From Rikenellaceae bacterium (GTDB lineage: Bacteria > Bacteroidota > Bacteroidia > Bacteroidales > Rikenellaceae), in contig JAWXSU010000001.1 of assembly GCA_044434245.1 (NCBI GenBank), positions 1-35,618 of the forward strand: a stretch of DNA of 35,618 bases, given 5' to 3'. Of the stretch, positions 1 through 8,527 are shown piece after piece. The position numbers were made by a program, and so were the translations under genes. Below the pieces are notes generated by a model. That model was not told the origin of the DNA, ran no database searches, and saw nothing but the letters and a program-made list of their open reading frames with translations. Within the stretch, counting starts at the first letter, position 1. Every line of letters starts with the position of its first letter.

Positions 1-1029
1 AATGGTTCAGCTCAAGGAGCAAAAGTCGAAGGACACCGCCTAGATGGATATGTAGTAAAGGGTCAAAATGCAGGAATGCGTGGTATTAAAGCTAGTATGT
101 ATGAGGGAGGACACAGAGTGCCTCTGTTTATACATTGGAAGGATGGTAAGATATCGACGGCAAAGGAGATTGGTGAGCTAACGGCACACTATGACTTGTT
201 GCCTACGTTGGTTGATTTGTGTGGATTAGAGGTTGCACCAGAGGTATCTCAGAAGTTTGATGGTCAGAGTCTTAAACCACTTATTGATGGCGACAACTCA
301 AACTTTGTGAATCGTCTTGTTGTGGTTGATTCGCAACGAAATGAGGTTCCAGCCAAATGGTATCGCACATCGGCGATGTTGGGTAGCTGGCGTGTGGTGT
401 GTGACGAGAAGGAGGAGATGGAGCTTTATAACTTAGCAACAGATCCCGAGCAACGCAACAATATTGCAGATGAAAACCCGGAGAAGTTGATGGAGATCGC
501 AGCACTTTACGACAAATGGTGGGAGGTGAACTCTCCGAATTTCGAGGAGCAGCCATATTTTATCGTGGGTAATGAGCACCAAAACCCGACAACTCTTTAT
601 TGTCATGATTGGCATACGGATGCGACAAGCCCTTGGCAACAGCACCATATACGTATCGGATATAAAGATAATGGATATTGGTTGGTAAAAGTTGACGAAG
701 GCGGTGAGTACGAGTTCAGACTTCGCCGTTGGCCTGTGGAGACGGGGTTGAAACTACACGATACAGCACCAGTTAGACCAGCACGTGAGGGTACAAGTGT
801 CGGAGCGAGTGTTAAGGGACGATCTCTTCCAATCACGGAGGCGTTGATTTCGGTACAAGGTGTCGAAAAGAGTGTTAAGGTGAATGAGGGAGATGAATAT
901 GCAAAATTTACGATTGTTTTGGAGAGGGGTGAGACCAAACTTCAAACATGGTTTAAGATGAAAGATCGTGAAGATATTGGTGCATATTTTGTTGAGGTAG
1001 AGCGTATCTCCTCGTCAGTTTGTGATTAA
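1..1029 (+). CDS. Arylsulfatase (S1 family), 5'-truncated by the window edge
   Basis: Frame is open from base 1 (NGSAQG...NAGMRGIKASMYEGGHRVP). The KASMYEGGHRVP, HYDLLPTL, DGQSL and ELYNLATDPEQ motifs are typical of the sulfatase C-terminal half. The N-terminal catalytic motif lies outside the window. Confidence 0.85.
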   Translation, partial: NGSAQGAKVEGHRLDGYVVKGQNAGMRGIKASMYEGGHRVPLFIHWKDGKISTAKEIGELTAHYDLLPTLVDLCGLEVAPEVSQKFDGQSLKPLIDGDNSNFVNRLVVVDSQRNEVPAKWYRTSAMLGSWRVVCDEKEEMELYNLATDPEQRNNIADENPEKLMEIAALYDKWWEVNSPNFEEQPYFIVGNEHQNPTTLYCHDWHTDATSPWQQHHIRIGYKDNGYWLVKVDEGGEYEFRLRRWPVETGLKLHDTAPVRPAREGTSVGASVKGRSLPITEALISVQGVEKSVKVNEGDEYAKFTIVLERGETKLQTWFKMKDREDIGAYFVEVERISSSVCD

Positions 1030-1042
1030 TGTCCTCTAAATT

Positions 1043-1088
1043 GAATTACCCCCGAGAAGTTGCTGTTTTAACTCCTCGGGGATGATTC
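1043..1088. terminator. Hairpin between convergent genes (probable bidirectional terminator)
   Basis: CCCGAG-AAGTT...AACT-CCTCGGG imperfect inverted repeat between the sulfatase stop and the YecH-like stop. Confidence 0.55.
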
Positions 1089-1090
1089 CA

Positions 1091-1327
1091 CTAATAATCT
1101 TCACAAACTTTAGTGATATCCATTGTGAATCCATCGTCTGTAGGTTTAAATTTACCTTTAGCTTCGAGAAAAACTATCAGTTTGTCGATGGTTAATTCCT
1201 TTGCAGAGCAGGTACAAAAGGTGGCATTTTTGCCAAATTTTGCTGCTATTGCACCTCTCAACGTCTCTACTGTATAACTCTCTCCCTCCATCATGTGGAG
1301 CACCTCGTGTGCATGTATGTCTGCCAT
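1091..1327 (-). CDS. YecH family (DUF2492) putative metal-binding protein
   Basis: IHAHEVLHMM, FG..A.FCTCSA and FLEAKGKF motifs in a 78-aa protein. Confidence 0.85.
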   Translation of the reverse strand: MADIHAHEVLHMMEGESYTVETLRGAIAAKFGKNATFCTCSAKELTIDKLIVFLEAKGKFKPTDDGFTMDITKVCEDY

Positions 1328-1356
1328 AATCTCAGATTTAAATTAAAACTTGTTGC

Positions 1357-1426
1357 CAAAGATACAAAATGAGTAGAGATTTTTAAGCATAATTGCACAA
1401 TTTTTGAAAAAAAGTTTTTATCTTTG
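1357..1426. promoter_or_regulatory. Divergent Bacteroidota sigma-A promoters (YecH-like gene / infC)
   Basis: TATCTTTG on the minus strand at 1357-1364. TATCTTTG on the plus strand at 1419-1426, with TTTG at 1403-1406. Confidence 0.65.
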
Positions 1427-1484
1427 CGAACAGCTCGTGCAAAGAGTAAATAAATAAGTATAACTAAATTAGGAGGACAAAGCT

Positions 1485-2105
1485 ATAGCAGCACCAAAAC
1501 CATTCCAGTCGAGACCAGCATTCTCGGGGAATAACACAGCACGCCCAAAGCCAGCAGCGGGAGCAAATCGTGGTCGTAGATTGCCAGAAAAGGAGAATCC
1601 ACACCGCATAAATAATGAGATCAATGTGCCACAAGTTCGCTTGGTGGGCGATAATATCGAAGAGTCAAAGGTACTCTCAATCCGTGATGCGATAAAGCTC
1701 GCAGATGAGATGGAGCTAGATCTAATCGAGATCTCGCCGAAGGCTGATCCTCCAGTGTGTCGTATTGCAGATTACTCAAAGTTCCTTTATCAACAAAAGA
1801 AAAAGGCTAAGGAGTTAAAGGCAAACCAAACGAAGGTTGTACTCAAAGAGATCCGTTTTGGACCTCAAACAGATGACCACGACTACAACTTTAAACTTAA
1901 GCATGCCGAGAACTTTATCAAGGATGGTGCTAAGGTGAAGGCGTATGTATTCTTTAGAGGTCGTTCGATTGTATTCAAGGAGCAGGGCGAGATTTTGTTG
2001 TTGCGTTTTGCTACAGATTTGGAGGAGATCGCAAAGGTGGAGGCTATGCCGAAACTCGAAGGTAAGAAGATGAATATGATCCTTGCCCCTAAAAACAAGA
2101 AATAG
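1485..2105 (+). CDS. infC: Translation initiation factor IF-3, probable non-canonical ATA start
   Basis: [34 protein letters not shown] and EGKKM.M motifs. The frame is open 32 codons upstream of the track's TTG (1581), back to ATA at 1485, which lies 8 nt after AGGAGG (1471-1476). Confidence 0.95.
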   Translation: MAAPKPFQSRPAFSGNNTARPKPAAGANRGRRLPEKENPHRINNEINVPQVRLVGDNIEESKVLSIRDAIKLADEMELDLIEISPKADPPVCRIADYSKFLYQQKKKAKELKANQTKVVLKEIRFGPQTDDHDYNFKLKHAENFIKDGAKVKAYVFFRGRSIVFKEQGEILLLRFATDLEEIAKVEAMPKLEGKKMNMILAPKNKK

Positions 2106-2128
2106 TATAGCAAATAATAGCTATTTTG

Positions 2129-2166
2129 ATTCCTCGGTGTTTGAAACATCGAGGAATTGTTATTTT
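2129..2166 (+). terminator. Intrinsic terminator after infC
   Basis: ATTCCTCGGTGTT/AACATCGAGGAAT stem followed by TGTTATTTT. Confidence 0.7.
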
Positions 2167-2208
2167 AATTGTTACCTTTGTGTAGATATCCTAAACAATA
2201 AAAAACTA

Positions 2209-4131
2209 ATGAGAAAACTAAAACTTACGATGATGCTACTCCTGTGTGGAGTGTGTGTGCAAGCAAGAACAATTCACGTATCCCCGAGTGGATCGAACAC
2301 AAACAAAGGCACCATTGAGTCGCCATACAAAACAATATCAAAGGCAGCATTTGTTGCGATTGCAGGAGATAGCATCATAATCCATGAGGGTACATATCGT
2401 GAAAGAGTATCTCCGGAGCAGGGTGGTTTCAACGACCAAAACCGCATAACATATATTGCAGCTGAGGGCGAAACCGTACACCTTAAGGGTTCGGATGTTG
2501 TCACAGGTTGGAAAAAGCAGGGTGGTACTATATGGAGTGTTGTTGTGCCTAATTCAACATTCGGTGATTTTAATCCATACGATATAAATATATATGGTGA
2601 TTGGTTGCATAATGGTAAGAACCGTCACTTGGGTGAGGTCTATATTGATGGAAAGGCTCTATGTGAGATGCCCGAGATCAAGGAGGTGAAAGAGCTTGAG
2701 GGAGGAAGATGGTATTGTAAAGTTGATGATAACAACACAACAATCTATGCTAATTTCGAGGGGGTAAACCCCAATTCAGCACTCACGGAGATCAATGTTC
2801 GCCCAACCTGTTTTACACCATACACTGTAGGTATTGACTACATCACAGTCGATGGATTGCATATCTCACAAGCGGCAACACAATGGTCACCACCAACAGG
2901 CGAGCAGGTGGGTATCATCAATCCAAACTGGAGTAAGGGGTGGATTATCAAGAATTGTGATATCTCCTACTCAAAGTGTGTTGGAGTATGTATCGGAAAG
3001 GAGCGTTCTACGGGACACAATATATCTGCTAAGTTCAGCAAGGCTGCGCCATTCAACAAATCTGGATTCACTCGTGAGATTGAAACTATCATCAGTGCCG
3101 TAAATAGAGGTTGGAGCAAGGAGACTGTAGGTAGCCACCTAGTCGAGGGAAATAGAATATATGAGTGTGGTCAAGCAGGTATTGTAGGTCACCTCGGATG
3201 TGCATTCTCTACGATTCGCAATAACGAGATCAGAGATGTAAACTACACGGAGCATGTAACAGGTTTCGAGACAGGAGGTATCAAGCTACACGCTGCTATT
3301 GATGTTGTCATCGAGGGAAATGTTATCGTGCATTGCCAACGAGGTTTGTGGTTGGATTGGCAAGCTCAAGGCACACATGTGAGAAATAATATCTTCGACA
3401 AAAATATCTCGGAGGATCTATTTATCGAGGTGTCGCATGGTCCAACACTTGTGTATAACAACATCATGCTCTCTGACTTGGGAATATTCCTCGATGCACA
3501 GGGTATTTTGATTGCGAACAATCTAGTATATGGTAAGGTGAAGAATCGTAACTCGCAGGAGAGATATACTCCATTCCACATGCCTCACTCGACACAACTA
3601 CGTGGATTTTTCAATAGCGCAGGTGGTGATGTTCGATTCTACAACAACCTCTTCCTTGCGAAGATCAAAAATGAGGATGGAACGGTAACTGACAATGGAC
3701 TTAATGTATTTAATGCCTTCCCTTCAGATTTTGGAAGTCCAAAATCTAAATCTAAGGTGAGGAATAATTTAGGTCATAAATTGCCAATATTCATGTACGG
3801 TAATATCTATTATAAGGGAGCTACACCACACGAGGAGGAGGCAAATCACGCTATGTTAGATGAGGAGGCTCCAGAGATTGAGTTGCAACGTAACGAGAAT
3901 GGGGAGTACACAATATCGTCATATGTAAATATCGACTCATTCAAAAATGCAAAAAGCATCGAGATCAACACTCAGATGTTGGGTCAAGCACATATATCTG
4001 AGCAGCTGTTCGAGAACCCTGATGGGTCACAGTTTGTATTCAGCACAGATTTATTTAATGCACCTCGCAATATCGAGAATCCAACAGCAGGACCATTTGA
4101 GACATCGCCAAAGGGTGGAGTCGTGTGGTAG
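2209..4131 (+). CDS. Secreted right-handed beta-helix glycoside hydrolase, GH120 (beta-xylosidase)-like, with DUF1565-type N-terminus
   Basis: Signal peptide MRKLKLTMMLLLCGVCVQA. Motifs HVSPSG..GT..PYKTI..AA, HLGEVY, GGIKLHAAIDV, GLWLDWQAQG and DLFIEVSHGP. Start moved to ATG 2209 (A-rich leader, TACCTTTG promoter motif at 2173-2180). Confidence 0.8.
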   Translation: MRKLKLTMMLLLCGVCVQARTIHVSPSGSNTNKGTIESPYKTISKAAFVAIAGDSIIIHEGTYRERVSPEQGGFNDQNRITYIAAEGETVHLKGSDVVTGWKKQGGTIWSVVVPNSTFGDFNPYDINIYGDWLHNGKNRHLGEVYIDGKALCEMPEIKEVKELEGGRWYCKVDDNNTTIYANFEGVNPNSALTEINVRPTCFTPYTVGIDYITVDGLHISQAATQWSPPTGEQVGIINPNWSKGWIIKNCDISYSKCVGVCIGKERSTGHNISAKFSKAAPFNKSGFTREIETIISAVNRGWSKETVGSHLVEGNRIYECGQAGIVGHLGCAFSTIRNNEIRDVNYTEHVTGFETGGIKLHAAIDVVIEGNVIVHCQRGLWLDWQAQGTHVRNNIFDKNISEDLFIEVSHGPTLVYNNIMLSDLGIFLDAQGILIANNLVYGKVKNRNSQERYTPFHMPHSTQLRGFFNSAGGDVRFYNNLFLAKIKNEDGTVTDNGLNVFNAFPSDFGSPKSKSKVRNNLGHKLPIFMYGNIYYKGATPHEEEANHAMLDEEAPEIELQRNENGEYTISSYVNIDSFKNAKSIEINTQMLGQAHISEQLFENPDGSQFVFSTDLFNAPRNIENPTAGPFETSPKGGVVW

Positions 4132-4160
4132 AGTTTGTAGTTAACATGTTAATATACAAT

Positions 4161-4198
4161 AAAATAGAGCTCGATTTAGTCGGGCTCTATTTTTTTTT
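4161..4198. terminator. Intrinsic terminator (probably bidirectional)
   Basis: AAAATAGAGCTCGA-TTTAG-TCGGGCTCTATTTTTTTTT, between convergent genes. Confidence 0.85.
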
Positions 4199-4269
4199 GA
4201 AGGGTCTTGTTAGTCACTCACTTTTTGTTGTGATTTTAAAGTTCGGAACCCCTATCCTCGCAGTGGGTT

Positions 4270-5385
4270 TTAAAATGCTGCCACAAACTCCACAGTGAAT
4301 TTATCTTGAAGAAGTTTGTTGTATGACAAATCCCCCGGTTTTCTCTTCACGAAGTAATCTTCGTATGCAAGGCGTAGCTCCGATTTGATACGTTTCTCCG
4401 ACAGACCGAAGTTCATAGAGTAGGTCATACGGTTTGATTTGTAGCGGAAAATATCATCTATAGAGTAGTCATAGTACTCAATACCATCACCCATATCCCA
4501 TCGTAAATGAGGTGAAAAATATTTGAATATTGGGTTGTTGTTGATCGTGAAACGGTATGTTCCGTGGATATAATACGCTTGTAGCAGATGAAACTCATCT
4601 TGATTTAGACGACGTTGTGCATACTCAGCTTCGATAAAAAGAGCATCTTTTGTGTAGCGCAAATAGGCATCATACATATTTATCTTTTGATTTTTCTCGA
4701 CATCAATAAAGCTATCAGAGTTGGAATCATACGTAGCGTAGCTAGTTGTAGGTGTGACTCCGAAGTAGCAACTCACCGAACCAGCTAATCCCTCTTTTGC
4801 GCCAACATCTACTCGACCCACAAAGTTTGCTGTACGTCCCCACTCTGGGTTGTTTGATCCCGAACCGTTGAATACTCCAGCTGCAACTTTGATTGTCGTT
4901 TTTGGAATTGTGTACTCCATGTGTGCACCAATGTCACGTGAACTCATGGTGCTAACCTTCGAGGTGTAACCCGATTCATCTGCCGTTGTAGCGTAATAAG
5001 ACATTAGGTACTTCGCCAAAAACGAGCGGTTCGAGAATGGGCTAGAGTCAGGTCCACGATCCAAATCGTTGCTGAATTGCAACTTCTGCTGTCCAAGTTT
5101 AAAGGCAAACCCTTCAGAGTGATACCCCACCCACGAATCGAGGATTGAGATGTTACCCTCGTTGTTGTAGTCGATCTGGATTGCATAATTCATCCTCTCG
5201 CTTGCGTTTCCTCGCACTCCAATTCTGGAGTTTCTAACATCGAAACGATACTCACCATTATTGGTGCTAAGTTCCATTTTGACCTTCACAACTCCGTACA
5301 GTTCAGGAGAATATAGGCTTTTCTCCTCTGCTTGTAAGGTCGTCATAGCCATTACGGCTAGAGCTAAAGTAAAAAGTTTTTTCAT
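4270..5385 (-). CDS. Outer-membrane porin, OprO/OprP (phosphate-selective porin)-like
   Basis: Signal peptide. Motifs FDVRNSRIGVRG, ILDSWV, KLGQQK, RDIG and GVFNGSG. C-terminal Phe (EFVAAF). TACTTTTG promoter motif on the minus strand at 5409-5416. Confidence 0.75.
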   Translation of the reverse strand: MKKLFTLALAVMAMTTLQAEEKSLYSPELYGVVKVKMELSTNNGEYRFDVRNSRIGVRGNASERMNYAIQIDYNNEGNISILDSWVGYHSEGFAFKLGQQKLQFSNDLDRGPDSSPFSNRSFLAKYLMSYYATTADESGYTSKVSTMSSRDIGAHMEYTIPKTTIKVAAGVFNGSGSNNPEWGRTANFVGRVDVGAKEGLAGSVSCYFGVTPTTSYATYDSNSDSFIDVEKNQKINMYDAYLRYTKDALFIEAEYAQRRLNQDEFHLLQAYYIHGTYRFTINNNPIFKYFSPHLRWDMGDGIEYYDYSIDDIFRYKSNRMTYSMNFGLSEKRIKSELRLAYEDYFVKRKPGDLSYNKLLQDKFTVEFVAAF

Positions 5386-5414
5386 ATATAATATTGCGTT
5401 TGACGTTGCAAAAG

Positions 5415-5464
5415 TATTAAAAAACTATTAAGTCTTGCAGAACATCGTGTTAACGTTCTGTTAA
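5415..5464 (-). promoter_or_regulatory. 11-bp-periodic TTAA(C/T)A repeats, candidate PhoB/PhoP (OmpR-family) binding array
   Basis: Plus-strand T(A/G)TTAA at 5415, 5426, 5448 and 5459, all in 11-bp register, overlapping the porin promoter. Confidence 0.45.
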
Positions 5465-5525
5465 ACTTTTAATTCGCAGTACAATATCATATTTTGCATG
5501 ATGACTCTATCGGCCATAAAGATCT

Positions 5526-5573
5526 AAAAGTCATCACCTTAGTCGAATATAAACAACTAAGATGATGACTTTT
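5526..5573 (-). terminator. Hairpin/terminator downstream of the acetylesterase gene
   Basis: AAAAGTCATCA-C-CTTAGT ... ACTAAG-A-TGATGACTTTT inverted repeat. Confidence 0.6.
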
Positions 5574-5670
5574 TAACTATTTGAACATACCTCCTAAAAA
5601 CACCTTTAAAGCAAATCTCCCCCAACGGTGTGGAGGAGATTTAGAGGGGGGTATTGAATATAAAAGCTAT

Positions 5671-7080
5671 CTATTTTTCGGTTCTAAATGTTGACGCAGG
5701 GATTCCACCTATATTATACAGGCTGCCTTTGAACCAGTTTTTGAATCCATAACGTGCATTTACAGGATTTGGAACCTCCTTGCTGCTAAGGATCACGGTG
5801 TTACCTCTAATTCTTGCCCCTGCAGGGTAGTAGCGACCATCTTCGCCTGCAATCTCGAAATCTTGTAGAGGAGCTCCAAATGTTGTTAGACCCTTCACGG
5901 CGTTGTCGAACGAGATAATGAGTGTTCCATCCTTACTCTCCTTAGATGCATATATTGGTCCATCGGCAACTATACCCTTTACGCCATAACATTTCACTAA
6001 TGCTTGGTATGCAAACCTTTGACCTACAGCGAGTTTGTTCGATGGGTGGATGCAATCTTTTAACCCTGCATCAGAAATAATTACAACTCCTGAGTTTGGG
6101 ATAACGTTTACCGCCTCCGCCATCGCCTCACGCATGAGAGGTGCTGAGATGGTGTCGGTTTTGATGTTTCGAGTATATTCGTAAGGTGCGATTTGAGCGA
6201 AGTAGAATGGCATATCCTCATCGCCCCACGCTGAACGAAGTCGTGTCACAAGATCCAATAGTTTTTGACCATAGGTCTTGCTACGCATTCTATCCGCCTC
6301 ACCTTGATACCACAAAAATCCTTTAGCTGCATATCCGGCAATAGGGTTAATCATACCGTTGTAGAGACCTCCGGGGTAGTGTTGGCTGCGAGGTGATGGT
6401 TTGCGAGTGGCATTTATCACATCGTCATAGCTGTTGGCATCGTCGGGGTGTGCCCAGCCATTGATTGAAGTTCCTCCCCATGTAGAGACCAAAATTCCGA
6501 TTGGGATATCTAAACACTCACGCATTGTGCGACCGAAATAGTATGCCGAAGCACTAAGAGGTGCAACCGCCTCGGGACACGCCTCGCTCCATCCTCCGCT
6601 CACGATTGTCGTAAGTGGAGTATCTGATACGGCACGTTCTACATCCATAACACGCAGTTGGCTATCTTTGGAGCGTGCGATATCGATATTTGAATTTTCG
6701 ACATGTTGACAGTTGAATCCCTCCATCTCCATCTCCATATTTGATTGACCAGATGCTACCCACACCTCTCCGATGAGGACATTTTCGATGGTGTGTTTGT
6801 CGCCATCATCAATAGTGATTGTGTATGGTCCTCCATAAGATGGAGTCTCGACGCTTAGTTTCCACTCTCCATCACCATTTGATTTGGTTGTTGTTGTGGC
6901 ATTGTTCCACGATGTTGTCACACTAATTGTAGCCTTTTTCTTGTTTGATCCTCCCCATATTGGAGCTTGTGTTTTTTGTTGTAGGATCATATTGTCGGAG
7001 AAGAGTGGCGACAATGTTACCTCTGCGCTTGCTGTTAGAGCAACACTGAGGGCTAGGAGTGAAAGAATTCGTTTTTTCAT
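5671..7080 (-). CDS. Sialate O-acetylesterase (SASA/SGNH hydrolase)
   Basis: Signal peptide. Motifs GEVWVASGQSNM, WGGTSI, LYNGMI.P, WYQGE, QIAPY and DCIHPSNK. Confidence 0.9.
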   Translation of the reverse strand: MKKRILSLLALSVALTASAEVTLSPLFSDNMILQQKTQAPIWGGSNKKKATISVTTSWNNATTTTKSNGDGEWKLSVETPSYGGPYTITIDDGDKHTIENVLIGEVWVASGQSNMEMEMEGFNCQHVENSNIDIARSKDSQLRVMDVERAVSDTPLTTIVSGGWSEACPEAVAPLSASAYYFGRTMRECLDIPIGILVSTWGGTSINGWAHPDDANSYDDVINATRKPSPRSQHYPGGLYNGMINPIAGYAAKGFLWYQGEADRMRSKTYGQKLLDLVTRLRSAWGDEDMPFYFAQIAPYEYTRNIKTDTISAPLMREAMAEAVNVIPNSGVVIISDAGLKDCIHPSNKLAVGQRFAYQALVKCYGVKGIVADGPIYASKESKDGTLIISFDNAVKGLTTFGAPLQDFEIAGEDGRYYPAGARIRGNTVILSSKEVPNPVNARYGFKNWFKGSLYNIGGIPASTFRTEK

Positions 7081-7101
7081 ATTTTATAATTTTAGGATAG
7101 A

Positions 7102-7180
7102 CAAAAATAACTAAATTTTCGATAAAAAAGGGGCGTTTGTATATTATTTTTTTTGGTGTCATATATTATATATACATTTG
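7102..7180. promoter_or_regulatory. Divergent promoters (acetylesterase / TolC operon)
   Basis: TATTTTTG on the minus strand at 7102-7109. TACATTTG on the plus strand at 7173-7180, with TTTG at 7152-7155. Confidence 0.55.
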
Positions 7181-7206
7181 ACAGAAACAAAAAACTTAAG
7201 AAGTGT

Positions 7207-8523
7207 ATGAATAGATTAAAATTATGTGGGGTTGTGGCACTCTTATTTGGGTGCTCGATCTTCACGTTTAGTTATGCTCAAAGTGCTCCGATGACTTTGG
7301 AGGAGTGTTTGGAGTATGCTAAACAAAATAGTATAACTCTACAACAAGCGAAGTTGGGAGTTGACAACAGTGAGGCTGGAGAGGTCTCGGCAAAGGGGGC
7401 ATTTCTCCCATCAATATCGGGTTCTGTATCGCAGAGCTTAAGTAGTAATCCGCTAAGTGATTATAGTGACAAGAGCAGCTACGTGGGTTCGTACGGATTA
7501 GATCTCTCGATGACGCTATACAACGGAGGCAAGATCAGATCTCAATTCAAACAAAGTGCACTCGACACGCAGATGTCAAATCTCGAATATGAGGAGTTCG
7601 AAAACTCATTGGAGGTGTCGGTAACGGAGGTGTATGTAGAGATTCTATACGCTATGGAGCAGATCAAGGTTGCCGAAAACACTATTGAACTCAACACGAA
7701 AAATGAGGAGCGAGGCAAGGTGTTCTTGGAGTTGGGAAGCATCAACGAGGTGGATTATGCTCAACTTCAAAGTGCTACGGTGTCGAGCAAATATGATTTA
7801 GTTGTGGCAAAGACTCAACTAAGTAATCTGTATGTTGTATTGAAACATCTCTTGGAGTTATCTCAAGGCGAGACAATATCTGTAAAAGAGCCAGACTTGA
7901 GTTCGCAAGCGTTAGCGGTGGGGGTTCCAACCGTGGCAGATGTATATGCGGAGGCTTTGGAGTTGCGTCCCGAGATTCAATCGTCGATGTTGTATGTTGA
8001 GTACGCTGAGTATAACACTAAAATTGCAAAGGCGGGATATCTTCCAACACTCAGTTTGTCGGCGGGTACGGGTGTGAGTCATAGTAGCTCTAGTAGCTAT
8101 ACGTTTAGCGATCAGCTGCGTAATAACTTCTCGACATCGGTAGGTCTAAATCTGTCGGTTCCAATATTTAGCCAATTCAAAAATCGTAGCAATGTGAGGA
8201 TTGCAAAAAACAATGTCTCAATCGCAGAGTTGTCGCTTACTCAAGCACAGAAAGATTTGTACCAAACAATCGAGACTCTGCACAACAATGCCGAGACATC
8301 TATGGCGAAATATCTAATGTCGGAGTATCTATTGGATGCTACGCAGAAGAGTTTGACGCTCACTACGGAACAATATAATTTGGGGTCAAAAAACATTATC
8401 GAGCTACTAACGGAGCAGGATAATTACAACCAAACATATCAAGATTACTTGACAAATAAATATCAGCTTGTTTTGAACAAAGCACTTCTAAACTACTACA
8501 AAACGAATATAATAAAACTATAA
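7207..8523 (+). CDS. TolC family outer-membrane efflux protein
   Basis: Signal peptide, MTLEECLEYA, two repeats of A..(F/Y)LP.(I/L)S, LSVPIF. First ATG at 7207. Confidence 0.92.
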   Translation: MNRLKLCGVVALLFGCSIFTFSYAQSAPMTLEECLEYAKQNSITLQQAKLGVDNSEAGEVSAKGAFLPSISGSVSQSLSSNPLSDYSDKSSYVGSYGLDLSMTLYNGGKIRSQFKQSALDTQMSNLEYEEFENSLEVSVTEVYVEILYAMEQIKVAENTIELNTKNEERGKVFLELGSINEVDYAQLQSATVSSKYDLVVAKTQLSNLYVVLKHLLELSQGETISVKEPDLSSQALAVGVPTVADVYAEALELRPEIQSSMLYVEYAEYNTKIAKAGYLPTLSLSAGTGVSHSSSSSYTFSDQLRNNFSTSVGLNLSVPIFSQFKNRSNVRIAKNNVSIAELSLTQAQKDLYQTIETLHNNAETSMAKYLMSEYLLDATQKSLTLTTEQYNLGSKNIIELLTEQDNYNQTYQDYLTNKYQLVLNKALLNYYKTNIIKL

Positions 8524-8527
8524 AAAT

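Noticed and set aside
2083-2208. Upstream extension of the GH120-like ORF, and similar extensions at 7153, 13617, 15653, 24766 and 27009
   Set aside because: They use near-cognate starts that run through terminators, promoter motifs or neighbouring genes. Downstream ATGs give proper signal peptides or conserved N-termini.
4141-4152. Perfect 12-bp palindrome TTAACATGTTAA
   Set aside because: AT-rich, located between two gene 3' ends rather than in a promoter. Plausible by chance.
7110-7170. LytTR direct-repeat operator upstream of the TolC operon
   Set aside because: Expected from gene context, but I could not find a convincing pair of repeats at ~21-22-bp spacing.
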